35,373 bases of DNA from Actinomycetota bacterium (GTDB lineage Bacteria; Actinomycetota; Actinomycetes; S36-B12; UBA5976). Both the position numbers and the translations under genes were made by a program. Below are positions 10,114 to 19,758 of the stretch, in pieces. Numbering within the stretch: position 1 is the first letter of the stretch; every line of letters starts with the position of its first letter. The stretch is from assembly GCA_009704345.1 (NCBI GenBank), contig WLEH01000001.1, forward strand, positions 1 through 35,373. Reading direction: 5' to 3'. The notes below the pieces were generated by a model. The model saw only the letters and a program-made list of their open reading frames with translations. It made no database searches and was not told the origin of the DNA.

Positions 10114-10347
10114 ATGGTGGAAGACTCAGCAGGTACTCATAAGGCTAAGCCAGTTCGATTGGATTCACCAAGATGGCTAGCGCCAGCAATGGTTAGCTTC
10201 TTCATTCTGGGACTGATCTGGATTGTCACCTATTACCTGGCTGGTTCATCGGTACCGGTGATTAGCGACCTACCCGCGCTGGCCAACATTGGTATTGGGT
10301 TTGGCTTCATCTCGATAGGCTTTTTCCTCGCCACTAAGTGGAAATAA
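10114..10347 (+). CDS. crgA: cell-division protein CrgA
   Basis: Small two-TM protein. SPRWLAPAMVSFFILGLIWIVTYYLAG...IGIGFGFISIGFFLATKWK matches the CrgA pattern. The ATG at 10114 follows a GGAGGG Shine-Dalgarno sequence. The ORF-track start at 10102 is the in-frame alternative. Confidence 0.8.
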   Translation: MVEDSAGTHKAKPVRLDSPRWLAPAMVSFFILGLIWIVTYYLAGSSVPVISDLPALANIGIGFGFISIGFFLATKWK

Positions 10348-10361
10348 TTACAAGGTTGTAA

Positions 10362-10392
10362 TTCTCCACACCTGTGGAGAGATTGTGGATAA
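10362..10392. promoter_or_regulatory. three-DnaA-box module (copy A) in the crgA / rhomboid convergent gap
   Basis: The sequence is TTCTCCACA-cc-TGTGGAGAG-at-TGTGGATAA. The last 9-mer is a perfect reverse-orientation DnaA box, and the first two boxes form the palindrome TCTCCACA-cc-TGTGGAGA. Confidence 0.45.
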
Positions 10393-10396
10393 CCTG

Positions 10397-11068
10397 TTAG
10401 AAGCCAAATAACAGCAGCAGCTCCTGAGTTCTAGTAGCAACAGCTTGCTGCAATATCGTAAATATCCCCAACACCCCAGTTACCGCGAGCAACCGACCAA
10501 TTAAATCTGGCTTTCGAGCTAAAAACCAAGCCACGGCAGCGCCTGCGAGCAACCCACCTAAATGAGCGCGCCAATCAATTCCGGGAACAATAAAACCAAT
10601 GCCAACATTGATTCCAATTAAAACCAGGATCTGGCTTACATCTTGTCGTAATCTCGAACCAACAATTAAGAACGCACCCATTAAGCCAAACACAGCGCCC
10701 GATGCCCCAACTGAAAATGACGCTGGATCAGAGAACCAATAAGACGCAGTTGAACCACCCAGCAGCGCAATTAAATAAAGTGAAATAAACTTGGCATGGC
10801 CAAGAATTTCTTCTAATTGATTTCCTAATAACCACAGCACATACATATTAAAAAGTAAATGCAAAAACGAAGCGTGCAAAAAGCCAGCAGTGATTAATCG
10901 CCAAACTTCGCCAGATAACGCAACTGCTGGTGGGTGTAACCCAAAGTTAAAAGCGAATTCATTAACTGCACCAGTTAACCAGGCATATAAAAAGATAGAC
11001 GTATTAAGAAGCACAATCAGCTGCACAATGGCAGCTGATTGTGGCCTTCTTCTTACGAATCGAACCAC
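10397..11068 (-). CDS. rhomboid-family intramembrane serine protease
   Basis: Polytopic membrane protein with WRLITAGFLHASFLHLLFNM (the H..N motif) and the catalytic GASGAVFGLMGA (GxSG). Confidence 0.85.
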   Translation of the reverse strand: MVRFVRRRPQSAAIVQLIVLLNTSIFLYAWLTGAVNEFAFNFGLHPPAVALSGEVWRLITAGFLHASFLHLLFNMYVLWLLGNQLEEILGHAKFISLYLIALLGGSTASYWFSDPASFSVGASGAVFGLMGAFLIVGSRLRQDVSQILVLIGINVGIGFIVPGIDWRAHLGGLLAGAAVAWFLARKPDLIGRLLAVTGVLGIFTILQQAVATRTQELLLLFGF

Positions 11069-11070
11069 AA

Positions 11071-11586
11071 TTAACTTATGGTGACGTGAGTTAGCAAAAT
11101 TTCAGTTGCTGGTCGATCTTGTGAATTAGTATCAGCGGCCGCAATTGCATCCACTACATCGCGACTTACCTGATCTGCTACTTCACCAAAAATTGTGTGT
11201 TTGTTATTCAACCAATTTGTTGCAGCAACGGTAATAAAGAATTGTGAGCCATTGGTATTTGGTCCAGCGTTTGCCATTGCTGGTAAATATGGTTTGCTGA
11301 AAGTGAGCTCTGGATGAAACTCATCGGCAAATTTATAGCCAGGACCACCAGTGCCATTACCAAGTGGATCGCCGCCTTGAATCATAAATCCAGCAATCAC
11401 CCGGTGAAATGGCACATCTTTATAAAGTGGGCCAGATTGCTTATCACCAGTTCGAGGGTTACTCCACTCTTGAGTTCCATCAGCTAAGCCAACAAAATTC
11501 TTAACTGTCTTTGGTGCGTGATTACCAAAAAGGTTAATGGTGATATCACCAAGGGTGGTGTGAAAAACTGCGGTTTGAGTATGCAT
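11071..11586 (-). CDS. ppiA: peptidyl-prolyl cis-trans isomerase, cyclophilin type
   Basis: Contains FHRVIAGFMIQGGDP and SQFFIT cyclophilin motifs. Occupies the position of Rv0009. Confidence 0.92.
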   Translation of the reverse strand: MHTQTAVFHTTLGDITINLFGNHAPKTVKNFVGLADGTQEWSNPRTGDKQSGPLYKDVPFHRVIAGFMIQGGDPLGNGTGGPGYKFADEFHPELTFSKPYLPAMANAGPNTNGSQFFITVAATNWLNNKHTIFGEVADQVSRDVVDAIAAADTNSQDRPATEILLTHVTIS

Positions 11587-11640
11587 TTAATTCCAATCCG
11601 TAATAGATGTTATAAGTTTAGTCCTAGTTGTTAATTAGGG

Positions 11641-11675
11641 TTCAAACAAAAAACCCTTACGCTAGGTAAGGGTTT
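11641..11675 (-). terminator. rho-independent terminator after tRNA-Ala
   Basis: The minus strand reads AAACCCTTA-cctagcg-TAAGGGTTT followed by TTTGTTTG. That is a 9-bp stem with a 7-nt loop and a T-rich tail, immediately 3' of the tRNA. Confidence 0.6.
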
Positions 11676-11681
11676 CAGTTG

Positions 11682-11754
11682 TGGAGACAATGGGACTCGA
11701 ACCCACAACCCCCGGCTTGCAAAGCCGGTGCTCTACCAATTGAGCTATGTCCCC
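11682..11754 (-). tRNA. tRNA-Ala (anticodon UGC)
   Basis: Hand-folded cloverleaf: GGGGACA-TA-GCTC-AATTGGTA-GAGC-A-CCGGC-TTTGCAA-GCCGG-GGGTT-GTGGG-TTCGAGT-CCCAT-TGTCTCC-A. The G3:U70 alanine identity pair is present. The 3' CCA is not encoded. Confidence 0.9.
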
Positions 11755-11759
11755 GCGTG

Positions 11760-11897
11760 TTACCGCAGGTCTGGCGCTGATTGCGCTTCAGTCCAGTTTT
11801 CATCATCACCCTGCTGGTTCAGCAGGTTCTGATAAATCCAAACTGCAGCGCCGATTAAAGCACTAAGCAGGGTTATGCGTCGCAGGAACCGAAACAT
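11760..11897 (-). CDS. small membrane protein, DLW-39-family-like (45 aa)
   Basis: Below the size cutoff of the ORF track. An AAGGAGGAAG Shine-Dalgarno sequence ends 3 nt before the ATG. The product is MFRFLRRITLLSALIGAAVWIYQNLLNQQGDDENWTEAQSAPDLR, with one N-terminal TM helix and an acidic (D/E)xW(T/A)EA tail. As far as I recall, this resembles the small actinobacterial DLW-39 proteins. Confidence 0.6.
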   Translation of the reverse strand: MFRFLRRITLLSALIGAAVWIYQNLLNQQGDDENWTEAQSAPDLR

Positions 11898-11935
11898 AAC
11901 TTCCTCCTTTACTTAGCGAGTTTGACCACTAAGCG

Positions 11936-12010
11936 TGGGCCTAGGTGGACTTGAACCACCGACCTCTTCCTTATCAGGGAAGCGCTCTAACCAGGCTGAG
12001 CTATAGGCCC
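11936..12010 (-). tRNA. tRNA-Ile (anticodon GAU)
   Basis: Hand-folded cloverleaf: GGGCCTA-TA-GCTC-AGCCTGGTTA-GAGC-G-CTTCC-CTGATAA-GGAAG-AGGTC-GGTGG-TTCAAGT-CCACC-TAGGCCC-A. The 3' CCA is not encoded. The ileT-alaT pair lies between gyrA and ppiA as in Mycobacterium. Confidence 0.9.
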
Positions 12011-12067
12011 GAAACTCATCTGAGCCCGCGCAGACTACCCCAGCACGCACCCCGATCTGAAAAAGGG

Positions 12068-12421
12068 TCACTCCTCTCGCAGGCTGACCTTTATTCCGCC
12101 AGTTAAGCCAACTGCCAGGTTGTAAAGCACCGACCAGATAAATGCGCCAGCTGGCCAGGTGATTAGTTGTGCGGCGCTAATTAAGAAACACAACCCCAAC
12201 ACTCGCGTAAATGAGAGCAGTGATGGGAAATCAACTATCGCAGTGCCAAGTAGATCACCCAATGTGTCGCTAAACACAGTTAACACCCCAGCTGCTCGAA
12301 GTAGTAACCAAGAGAGCAGCACTACCACAGTTAATGTAATTGACGCCGCTACTGCCAACATAAAAGCAGTTTTCACCGCAGACCAAGGATTGATCTGGGT
12401 TAAGCGCCAATTCTTTTCCAT
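12068..12421 (-). CDS. DUF3566-family membrane protein (Rv0007-like)
   Basis: 117-aa hydrophobic protein with about four TM segments, directly downstream of gyrA. This is the conserved position of Rv0007/DUF3566. Confidence 0.7.
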   Translation of the reverse strand: MEKNWRLTQINPWSAVKTAFMLAVAASITLTVVVLLSWLLLRAAGVLTVFSDTLGDLLGTAIVDFPSLLSFTRVLGLCFLISAAQLITWPAGAFIWSVLYNLAVGLTGGIKVSLREE

Positions 12422-12426
12422 GTTAG

Positions 12427-14901
12427 TTACTCAACTTCTGCTTCATCTGATTCCAACTTCGCAACTGCTGCCACAAATACATCATCAGATAAATCCATAA
12501 ATGAAACACCCATAGTGTCTCTACCCGTGGCACGAACTTCACTTACTTGAGTTCGAATCACCACACCATTTGATGCAATACCAAATAACTCATCAGTTGG
12601 ATCACAAACTAATGCCGCAACTAATTTTCCGCGCTCTTCAACTAATCGCATTGCCCGAATACCCAATGTGCCGCGGCCTTTTGTTGGCCATTCAGCTAAC
12701 TCGGTTCGTTTTGCAAATCCGCCATCAGTCACAGTTACTAACGATGCGCCATCGCGAACCACATCCATAGCTAATAAGTAATCTGCATCATGCTTAAACC
12801 GCATACCAATTACACCACTGGTAGCGCGTCCCATTGGACGTAAATTACTATCTGCCGCATTAAATCGAACTGATAAACCTTTAGCTGAAACCAACAACAG
12901 ATCATCTTTATCGCCAACTAATCTAGCTGAGATAACTTCATCTTCATCGCGAAGATTAATTGCAATTAAAGTTGATCTATTAGTGTCAAATTCACTCAGT
13001 GCGGTTTTCTTTACCAAGCCTGATTTAGTGGCGAGCACTAAATATTTAGCAGCAGCAAAGTTCTTAATTGAAAGCACCTGGGCAATTTGTTCATCGCCAG
13101 CAAGCGCTAACAAATTAGCAACGTGTTTACCTTTGGCATCACGACCAGCTTCGGGCACTTCATAACCGCGGGCTCGATATACCCGGCCTCGGTTAGTGAA
13201 GAACAGCAACAAATCATGAGTTGAAGTCACCATGAAATGCTCCACAATGTCATCTTCTCGAAGTGCGGCGCCCTTTATTCCCTTGCCACCTCGACGCTGC
13301 GAGCGATACAGATCTGCTGGGGTTCGCTTGGCATAGCCATCTCTAGTAATTGTGATTACGACATCTCGCTCGGCAATTAAATCCGCCATTGACACTTCAT
13401 CTTCATCAGGCACGATCGCAGTTCTGCGGTCATCGCCAAATTTAGCTACCAATTCAGTTAGTTCATCTTTGATAATGCCCCGCTGCTTTGCTTCGTCTGC
13501 CAAAATTGCTTGATAGCCCTTAATTAAGTTCATTAATTCGGCGTGCTCATCCATAATGCGTTGTCGCTCTAATGCAGCTAATCGACGAAGTTGCAGATCC
13601 AAAATTGCAATAGCTTGCACGTCATCAATGCCAAGCAGCTTCATTAATCCTTCACGCGCTTCATCTGCGGTTTGACTGCTTCGAATTAACGCAATTACGG
13701 CATCTATCGCATCTAGCGCTTTGAGATAACCGGTGAGGATATGGGCTCGTTTTTCCGCTTCACTTAATCGATATTTAGTTCGGCGTTGAATTACTTCAAT
13801 CTGATGGGTGATCCAATAAGAAATGAATTGATCGATAGAAAGTGTTCTTGGTACCCCATCCACAATGGCCAACATGTTGCAACCAAAAGTGTCTTGTAAT
13901 TGGGTATGTTTAAACAAGTTGTTCTTAACAACAGTTGCCACGGCATCTTTTTTAAGAACCACCACAATTCGCATACCAGTTCGCGATGATGAATCATCTC
14001 TTAAATCTGAAATGCCTGGAATTTTTCCGCTATCAACTAATTCGGCTATCTTAAGTTTTAAGTTATCTGGGTTAACTTGATATGGCAGCTCTGAGATAAC
14101 TAACAATGTTCTACCACGTGAATCTTCTTCAACATCAACAACAGCTCGCATCGTAACTGAACCACGGCCAGTGCGATAAGCCTCTTCAATGCCGCGCATA
14201 CCAATAATGGTTGCTTTAGTTGGAAAGTCAGGACCTTTGATTCGTTCTAATAAGGCATTTAGTAATTCTTCTTTTGAGGCAGTTGGATTCTCTAACGCCC
14301 AAATCACACCGGAAGCAACTTCAGTTAAATTGTGTGGCGGGATGTTGGTAGCCATACCAACTGCAATACCGCTGGAACCATTAACTAATAAGTTAGGAAA
14401 TCGGCTGGGCAGAATTACTGGCTCTTGAGTGCGGCCGTCATAGTTTGGTACAAAATCAACCGTGTCTTCATTGATGTCGCGCACCATCTCCATTGCCAAC
14501 TGGGACATTCGAGATTCGGTGTAACGCATTGCAGCTGCGCCATCATTACCTGGTGAACCAAAATTTCCTTGACCATCAATTAGTGGGTAACGCATTACCC
14601 ACTCTTGCGCCAATCGAACTAACGTGTCATAAATTGCACCATCACCATGTGGGTGATAGTTACCCATCACATCACCGACGATACGAGCACATTTGCTATA
14701 ACCGCGATCAGCTCGATAACCGCCATCAAACATGGCATAAAGCAACCGGCGGTGAACAGGCTTTAGGCCATCTCGCACATCAGGTAGTGCGCGGCCAACA
14801 ATCACGCTCATCGCATAATCTAAATAAGAGCGTTGTAGCTCACCTCTTAGATCTACCGGCTCAATACGGCCGTGCGGTGATAACTCTTCAGTGACTGTCA
14901 C
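12427..14901 (-). CDS. gyrA: DNA gyrase subunit A
   Basis: 824 aa. Contains DGLKPVHRR, the AAMRYTE active-site Tyr motif and C-terminal beta-pinwheel repeats. Confidence 0.97.
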   Translation of the reverse strand: MTVTEELSPHGRIEPVDLRGELQRSYLDYAMSVIVGRALPDVRDGLKPVHRRLLYAMFDGGYRADRGYSKCARIVGDVMGNYHPHGDGAIYDTLVRLAQEWVMRYPLIDGQGNFGSPGNDGAAAMRYTESRMSQLAMEMVRDINEDTVDFVPNYDGRTQEPVILPSRFPNLLVNGSSGIAVGMATNIPPHNLTEVASGVIWALENPTASKEELLNALLERIKGPDFPTKATIIGMRGIEEAYRTGRGSVTMRAVVDVEEDSRGRTLLVISELPYQVNPDNLKLKIAELVDSGKIPGISDLRDDSSSRTGMRIVVVLKKDAVATVVKNNLFKHTQLQDTFGCNMLAIVDGVPRTLSIDQFISYWITHQIEVIQRRTKYRLSEAEKRAHILTGYLKALDAIDAVIALIRSSQTADEAREGLMKLLGIDDVQAIAILDLQLRRLAALERQRIMDEHAELMNLIKGYQAILADEAKQRGIIKDELTELVAKFGDDRRTAIVPDEDEVSMADLIAERDVVITITRDGYAKRTPADLYRSQRRGGKGIKGAALREDDIVEHFMVTSTHDLLLFFTNRGRVYRARGYEVPEAGRDAKGKHVANLLALAGDEQIAQVLSIKNFAAAKYLVLATKSGLVKKTALSEFDTNRSTLIAINLRDEDEVISARLVGDKDDLLLVSAKGLSVRFNAADSNLRPMGRATSGVIGMRFKHDADYLLAMDVVRDGASLVTVTDGGFAKRTELAEWPTKGRGTLGIRAMRLVEERGKLVAALVCDPTDELFGIASNGVVIRTQVSEVRATGRDTMGVSFMDLSDDVFVAAVAKLESDEAEVE

Positions 14902-14912
14902 AGTTACCTTTC

Positions 14913-16853
14913 TTAAATATCCAAGAAGCGAACGTCGCGGGCGTTTTGTTGAATAAAACTACGGCGAGATTCCACGTCTTCACCCATCAAAATGCTAAAT
15001 AGCGCATCAGCTGCCGCAGCATCATCCATAGTTACTTGCAACAGCACTCGCTTTTTTGGATCCATGGTGGTGTCCCAAAGTTCATCGGCATTCATCTCAC
15101 CTAGACCTTTGTAGCGCTGAATTGCATCTTCTTTTGGTAACTTCTTGCCGCTCTCTTTACCCAATTCGATTAGCGCATCGCGCTCTCGATCAGAATAGGC
15201 GTATTGCGCATCTTCCCTTGCCCACTTAAGTTTATAAAGTGGTGGTTGCGCTAAATAGACATAACCTTCAGCAACAAGCGGCTTCATAAATCTAAATAAA
15301 AGTGTAAGTAGCAATGTTCTAATGTGCTGACCATCCACATCCGCATCTGCCATCAGAACTATTTTGTGATAGCGCAGTTTTGCTAGATCAAAATCTTCAT
15401 GCACACCAGTGCCAAGTGCTGAAATTAGCGCTTGCACTTCATTGTTTTGCAGCACTCGATCTAATCTGGCTTTCTCCACATTTAAAATCTTGCCTCTAAT
15501 TGGCAAAATCGCTTGGGTGCGTGAATCACGGGCAGTTTTAGTAGATCCGCCAGCCGAGTCACCTTCCACAATGAAAAGCTCGCAATCTTCTGGATTAGTG
15601 CTCTGACAGTCTGAAAGTTTGCCCGGCAATCCAGAAGAGCCAAGTAGTCCTTTACGGCTGCGTGCTAAATCGCGAGCTTTTCGAGCGGCAATTCGAGCTG
15701 TTGCAGCTGAAATAGATTTGCGCGCAATGTCTTTTCCTTCACTTGGGTGAGATTCCAACCAAGCGCCAAACTCTTCATTCAACATGGCTTGCACGAAAGA
15801 CTTCATCTCGGTATTGCCAAGTTTGGTTTTAGTCTGACCTTCAAATTGTGGCTCACGCAATTTAACTGAGATGATCGCAATTAATCCTTCACGAATGTCA
15901 TCCCCAGTTAAATTAGTGTCTTTCTCTTTTAAAAGTCCCCAGTTGCGCGCCGCTTTATTAATAAGCGAAGTCAGCGCAGTTCGAAAACCTTCTTCATGTG
16001 TACCACCTTCATGAGTATTGATGGTGTTTGCGAAGGTATAAACTGATTCCGAATATGAATTCACCCACTGCAGTGCAATTTCAGCACTGTAACCTTTTTT
16101 ATCATCTTCGAATTCAAAAAATAAAATCTCACGATGAACTGGGGTATCTGATTTAGCTTTTGCGATATGTTTTACAAAATCGATCAAACCATCATCGTAT
16201 TTATAATCAACTTGACGCGGCACACCATCAATTAACTCGCGCTCATCAATTAAAACTAATCGAAGTCCTTTATTTAGAAAAGCCATCTCTCGAAATCGAG
16301 CAGCAAGTGTTTCGAAGTTATAATTAGTGGTTTCAAATATCGCGCCATCTGCCCAAAATGTAACTTTGGTGCCGGTGCTATCAGCTTTACCAAGTTTCTT
16401 TAGCGGCGCTTCTGGTGCACCATGTAGATAAGTTTGCGTCCAAACTGATCCTTCACGTTTAATCTCAACAGTTAACTTTGTTGATAATGCGTTAACTACT
16501 GAAACACCAACACCGTGCAAACCACCAGAAACTTGATAACCACCGCCACCAAATTTTCCGCCAGCATGCAACGTGGTTAGCACTACTTCAACAGCTGGCT
16601 TCTTCTCAACTGGATGTTCATCAACTGGAATACCGCGACCATCGTCGATAACTTCAACGCCGCCATCAGTTAATAGTCGAACTTGAATTGCGCTGGCATA
16701 TCCCGCCATCGCCTCATCCACACTGTTATCGACTACCTCATAAACCAGGTGGTGCAGACCACGCTCGCCGGTAGATCCGATGTACATGCCGGGGCGTTTC
16801 CGAACCGCATCTAGCCCCTCTAAAACCTGAATAGCACTGGCGTCATAAGACAC
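14913..16853 (-). CDS. gyrB: DNA gyrase subunit B
   Basis: 646 aa. Contains [22 protein letters not shown] and [13 protein letters not shown] start with an AGGAG Shine-Dalgarno sequence 8 nt upstream. Confidence 0.97.
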   Translation of the reverse strand: MSYDASAIQVLEGLDAVRKRPGMYIGSTGERGLHHLVYEVVDNSVDEAMAGYASAIQVRLLTDGGVEVIDDGRGIPVDEHPVEKKPAVEVVLTTLHAGGKFGGGGYQVSGGLHGVGVSVVNALSTKLTVEIKREGSVWTQTYLHGAPEAPLKKLGKADSTGTKVTFWADGAIFETTNYNFETLAARFREMAFLNKGLRLVLIDERELIDGVPRQVDYKYDDGLIDFVKHIAKAKSDTPVHREILFFEFEDDKKGYSAEIALQWVNSYSESVYTFANTINTHEGGTHEEGFRTALTSLINKAARNWGLLKEKDTNLTGDDIREGLIAIISVKLREPQFEGQTKTKLGNTEMKSFVQAMLNEEFGAWLESHPSEGKDIARKSISAATARIAARKARDLARSRKGLLGSSGLPGKLSDCQSTNPEDCELFIVEGDSAGGSTKTARDSRTQAILPIRGKILNVEKARLDRVLQNNEVQALISALGTGVHEDFDLAKLRYHKIVLMADADVDGQHIRTLLLTLLFRFMKPLVAEGYVYLAQPPLYKLKWAREDAQYAYSDRERDALIELGKESGKKLPKEDAIQRYKGLGEMNADELWDTTMDPKKRVLLQVTMDDAAAADALFSILMGEDVESRRSFIQQNARDVRFLDI

Positions 16854-17058
16854 GAAAGAAGGCTCCTAAATTGATTGATTTTCTAGCCCAATTCTAGCCA
16901 ATTTCGCCGACAGATGAGCGGTTGAATTAGAGGGATTAGGCTCAAAAAGCACCCTAAATCGAACCAGATTTGATTTAGCCTCATTTTGGCTGGTTGGCAG
17001 GATTTGGGATTTGCGGCTAAAAACCCCGATTTATGGCTTTTCATTTACCCAAACAGAG

Positions 17059-17089
17059 TTATCCACAGTTTTCCACATCCTGTGGAAAG
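17059..17089. promoter_or_regulatory. three-DnaA-box module (copy B) between the dciA stop and the gyrB upstream region
   Basis: The sequence is TTATCCACA-g-TTTTCCACA-tcc-TGTGGAAAG. It has one perfect box, one 8/9 box in the same direction and one inverted 7/9 box. Order, orientation and the 31-nt length are the same as in the reverse complement of 10362-10392. Confidence 0.45.
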
Positions 17090-17094
17090 AGGGT

Positions 17095-17526
17095 TTAGCG
17101 GCGTTTTCCCTCACGAATTCGCCATCCGCCTGGGGTTTTTCGAGCTGTTGGTGGCAGCACCTTTACTGATTGAATCGAAAGCTCAGGTGCTGCGGTTTGC
17201 AGTTTTTCTAACAGCACTGGAGTTAGATACTTTAGTTGAGTTGCCCAAGATGTGGAATCCGCTCTCAGAATTAATTCACCGTTTTCAAATCGCTCAATTA
17301 CTAAGTGAGCCGCGGTTTCTGCGCCAACTACACTTTCAAATTTACTGTGTAAATTGGCAAGTGCTTTTGGTTGTTGCCAACCCACATTGTCCACAAACTC
17401 ATCTAACGCATCGCCAATTAATTGTGGATCTCTGGATTTAGCTGCGGTATTGCTGCGGGTTCGGAAATTTGTTTTTCGACTTAATCGATTTAGTAATGAT
17501 TTACCTGGGTCTTTTTGATCAGCCAT
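17095..17526 (-). CDS. dciA: DUF721 protein, DciA-type helicase-loading factor (Rv0004-like)
   Basis: 143 aa. The segment W..VVG...A.H......ENGELILRADSTSWATQLKYL fits DUF721. It lies between recF and gyrB as Rv0004 does, with an 8-nt overlap with recF. Confidence 0.8.
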   Translation of the reverse strand: MADQKDPGKSLLNRLSRKTNFRTRSNTAAKSRDPQLIGDALDEFVDNVGWQQPKALANLHSKFESVVGAETAAHLVIERFENGELILRADSTSWATQLKYLTPVLLEKLQTAAPELSIQSVKVLPPTARKTPGGWRIREGKRR

Positions 17527-18646
17527 TAACTACCTCCCCACCACTAAATCGATAAATCTTTGCCGCAAGATTACTAGGTAAGTCAACTTCAGCGGCAGCG
17601 GTAATGATGGTCTGCTCCACACCTAAAGCAATCTGCATTAGCTGCTCTCGACGACGATCGTCCAATTCAGCAAACACATCATCTAATACTAAAATTGGAG
17701 TTGAGTTTGAATTAATTGAGGATTGCAATAAATGCAGCACGCCTAATTTAAGTGATAAGGCAGCGGACCATGTTTCACCATGTGAAGCGTAACCTTTAAT
17801 TGGTAGTTGATTTAAACTAAAAAACACTTCATCCCGGTGCGGCCCAACTAAAGTAACTCCTCGTTTAATCTCTTCAGTTGCAGCTGCAGATAGTGCTTGC
17901 TCGAGTTGGATTTTGATCCAATTAATATCTTGTTCTAATTTAAGTTCAGTCCATGAAGGCTGATAATTAAAGTCAAAGTTATTATTTGGTGCAATTTGTT
18001 GATAGTAATCATTCACGAACGGCATTAAATTTGTTAATGAATTTAACCGAACAAGTATTAATTCAGCCGCTAATTGAATCAGTCTTTCATTCCAAACATC
18101 TAAGGTAGATATTGCGGTTTGTTGTGCTTTTCCAGAAAGCATGCTGGCACTTTTTAGTAGTGAGTTTCGCTGTTTTAATACTCGCTCATAATCAGATCTA
18201 ATGCCGGCAACTCTTGGGTTCAACATAGTTGCGGTTTGATCTAGAAAGTATCTGCGATTACTGGGGTCGCCACGTAATATCTCTAAATCTTCTGGCGCAA
18301 AAATAACTACTTGAACCACACCAAGGGCTTCTTTAGCTTTAACTGGATTTTTATTTAACCAGAAACTATTTCCTTTACGTTGATTAAGTTCAATTTCAAG
18401 TTGAAGGTTGGTGTCATTGATATTGAAATTGCCACTTACTTTTGCAACTGTGGCATCTTTATTTATAAGTGGTTGATTGCTTGCTACTCGGTGGCTCTCT
18501 TGATTAGCGAGGAAATAAAGCGCTTCCACCACATTTGTTTTGCCTTCACCATTATTTCCAAGCAGGCAAGTAATACCGCTATCGAAACTTAAAGTTAAGG
18601 ATTTATGTGATCGAAAATTAGCTAACGATATTTGGGTTAGATACAT
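17519..18646 (-). CDS. recF: DNA replication and repair protein RecF
   Basis: Walker A motif GNNGEGKTN and an SMC-like signature near the C-terminus (LVLDDVFAELD). TGATG overlap with dnaN. Confidence 0.95.
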   Translation of the reverse strand: MYLTQISLANFRSHKSLTLSFDSGITCLLGNNGEGKTNVVEALYFLANQESHRVASNQPLINKDATVAKVSGNFNINDTNLQLEIELNQRKGNSFWLNKNPVKAKEALGVVQVVIFAPEDLEILRGDPSNRRYFLDQTATMLNPRVAGIRSDYERVLKQRNSLLKSASMLSGKAQQTAISTLDVWNERLIQLAAELILVRLNSLTNLMPFVNDYYQQIAPNNNFDFNYQPSWTELKLEQDINWIKIQLEQALSAAATEEIKRGVTLVGPHRDEVFFSLNQLPIKGYASHGETWSAALSLKLGVLHLLQSSINSNSTPILVLDDVFAELDDRRREQLMQIALGVEQTIITAAAEVDLPSNLAAKIYRFSGGEVVNG

Positions 18647-19758
18647 CAGCCTAAACGAACTGGCATTAACAAATATCGATAACTTGGTTCTTTTTCGCCG
18701 GCCGCCGCTAGCACTGCTGGTCGGTTTGGTGAGGTAAACATAAGTTGAGTTGATTCAGTGCCAAGTGCATTTAATCCGTCAATTAAATATTGGTGGTTAA
18801 ATGCAATATCTAATCCGTCACCATCAATTTCACATTCCACAACTTCAGTTGCGGTTGGGTCATCACCAGCACCAGCAGTTAGCACAACTTCACCATCTTG
18901 GAAAGAGCATCTAACTGGTGAATTACGATCAGCAACGAGAGCCACACGTTTTACTGAATCCGCAAGGGATTGAGTATTTAAGGTAACAATTGTTGATGAT
19001 TCAGTTGGAAGTAAAGTTCGGTATTTTGGAAATTCCGCATCTAACAATCGGCTGGTCATTTTTTTATTTGCAGCTTCAATACCAATTAATTTTTCACCAT
19101 CATCACTAGCCGAAAATGTTAATCTAATATTTTCACCTGTTAAGGTGCGAGCTGCATCTGCTAAATTTTTTGCTGGTACTAACGCATTGATTTCCATATT
19201 TGGTGAATCAGGATTCCAACTAATTTCTTTAACCGCTAAACGGTATCTATCGGTTGCAGCAAAAGTTAATGAGTTGCCAACAATTTCAACTTTAATTCCA
19301 GTTAACATAGGTAGGGTTGAATCGATACCAGCGGCGGTTGCCACCATAGTTACTGCTTCAGCAAATATTTGAGTTGGGATAGTGCCACCATGTGTTGGTA
19401 AATCTGGTAGCGCTGGGTAATCGTTATCTGGAATTGTTGGTAATAAGAAATTTGATCGATCACAAGTTAACTCAACTCGCGCACCGGTTACTTCAATAAT
19501 AATTGGTTTATTAGGTAATGCTTTAACGATGTCAGCTAAAATCCTGCCGTTTACTAAAACTCTACCTGGGTTATAAACCTCAGCCGCCACCATGGATTTA
19601 GCTGAAGTGGCAAAATCAAAACTAGATAGGTGCAACTCACCTTTATCAGCTTCAATTAATAAACCAGCCAATGTCGGGGTGGCAGGTCGAGTTGGGAGGG
19701 TGCGAGCAGCCCAAGAAACCGCATCACTAAATGCAGATTTCTCTACTTGAAACTTCAC
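18646..19758 (-). CDS. dnaN: DNA polymerase III beta sliding clamp
   Basis: 370 aa. MKFQVEKSAF...LMPVRL is a typical clamp N- and C-terminus. GTG start with an AGAGGGA Shine-Dalgarno sequence. Confidence 0.95.
   Translation of the reverse strand: MKFQVEKSAFSDAVSWAARTLPTRPATPTLAGLLIEADKGELHLSSFDFATSAKSMVAAEVYNPGRVLVNGRILADIVKALPNKPIIIEVTGARVELTCDRSNFLLPTIPDNDYPALPDLPTHGGTIPTQIFAEAVTMVATAAGIDSTLPMLTGIKVEIVGNSLTFAATDRYRLAVKEISWNPDSPNMEINALVPAKNLADAARTLTGENIRLTFSASDDGEKLIGIEAANKKMTSRLLDAEFPKYRTLLPTESSTIVTLNTQSLADSVKRVALVADRNSPVRCSFQDGEVVLTAGAGDDPTATEVVECEIDGDGLDIAFNHQYLIDGLNALGTESTQLMFTSPNRPAVLAAAGEKEPSYRYLLMPVRLG

Noticed and set aside
16954-16978. Inverted repeat CTAAATCGAACCAGATTTGATTTAG upstream of gyrB, followed on the minus strand by a T5 run.
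   Set aside because: The stem is A/T-rich. On the minus (gyrB-sense) RNA the G-T wobble becomes an A-C mismatch, leaving only 7 weak base pairs. That is not convincing as a terminator or attenuator.
16986-17441. 151-aa plus-strand ORF spanning the gyrB upstream region and running antisense to dciA.
   Set aside because: It has a TTG start without a Shine-Dalgarno sequence and no recognisable motif. It overlaps the well-supported DUF721/DciA frame.
17771-17788. parS-like sequence TGTTTCACCATGTGAAGC inside recF.
   Set aside because: Only the left half-site matches. The right half is displaced by 2 nt and mutated, so it is not a plausible ParB site.
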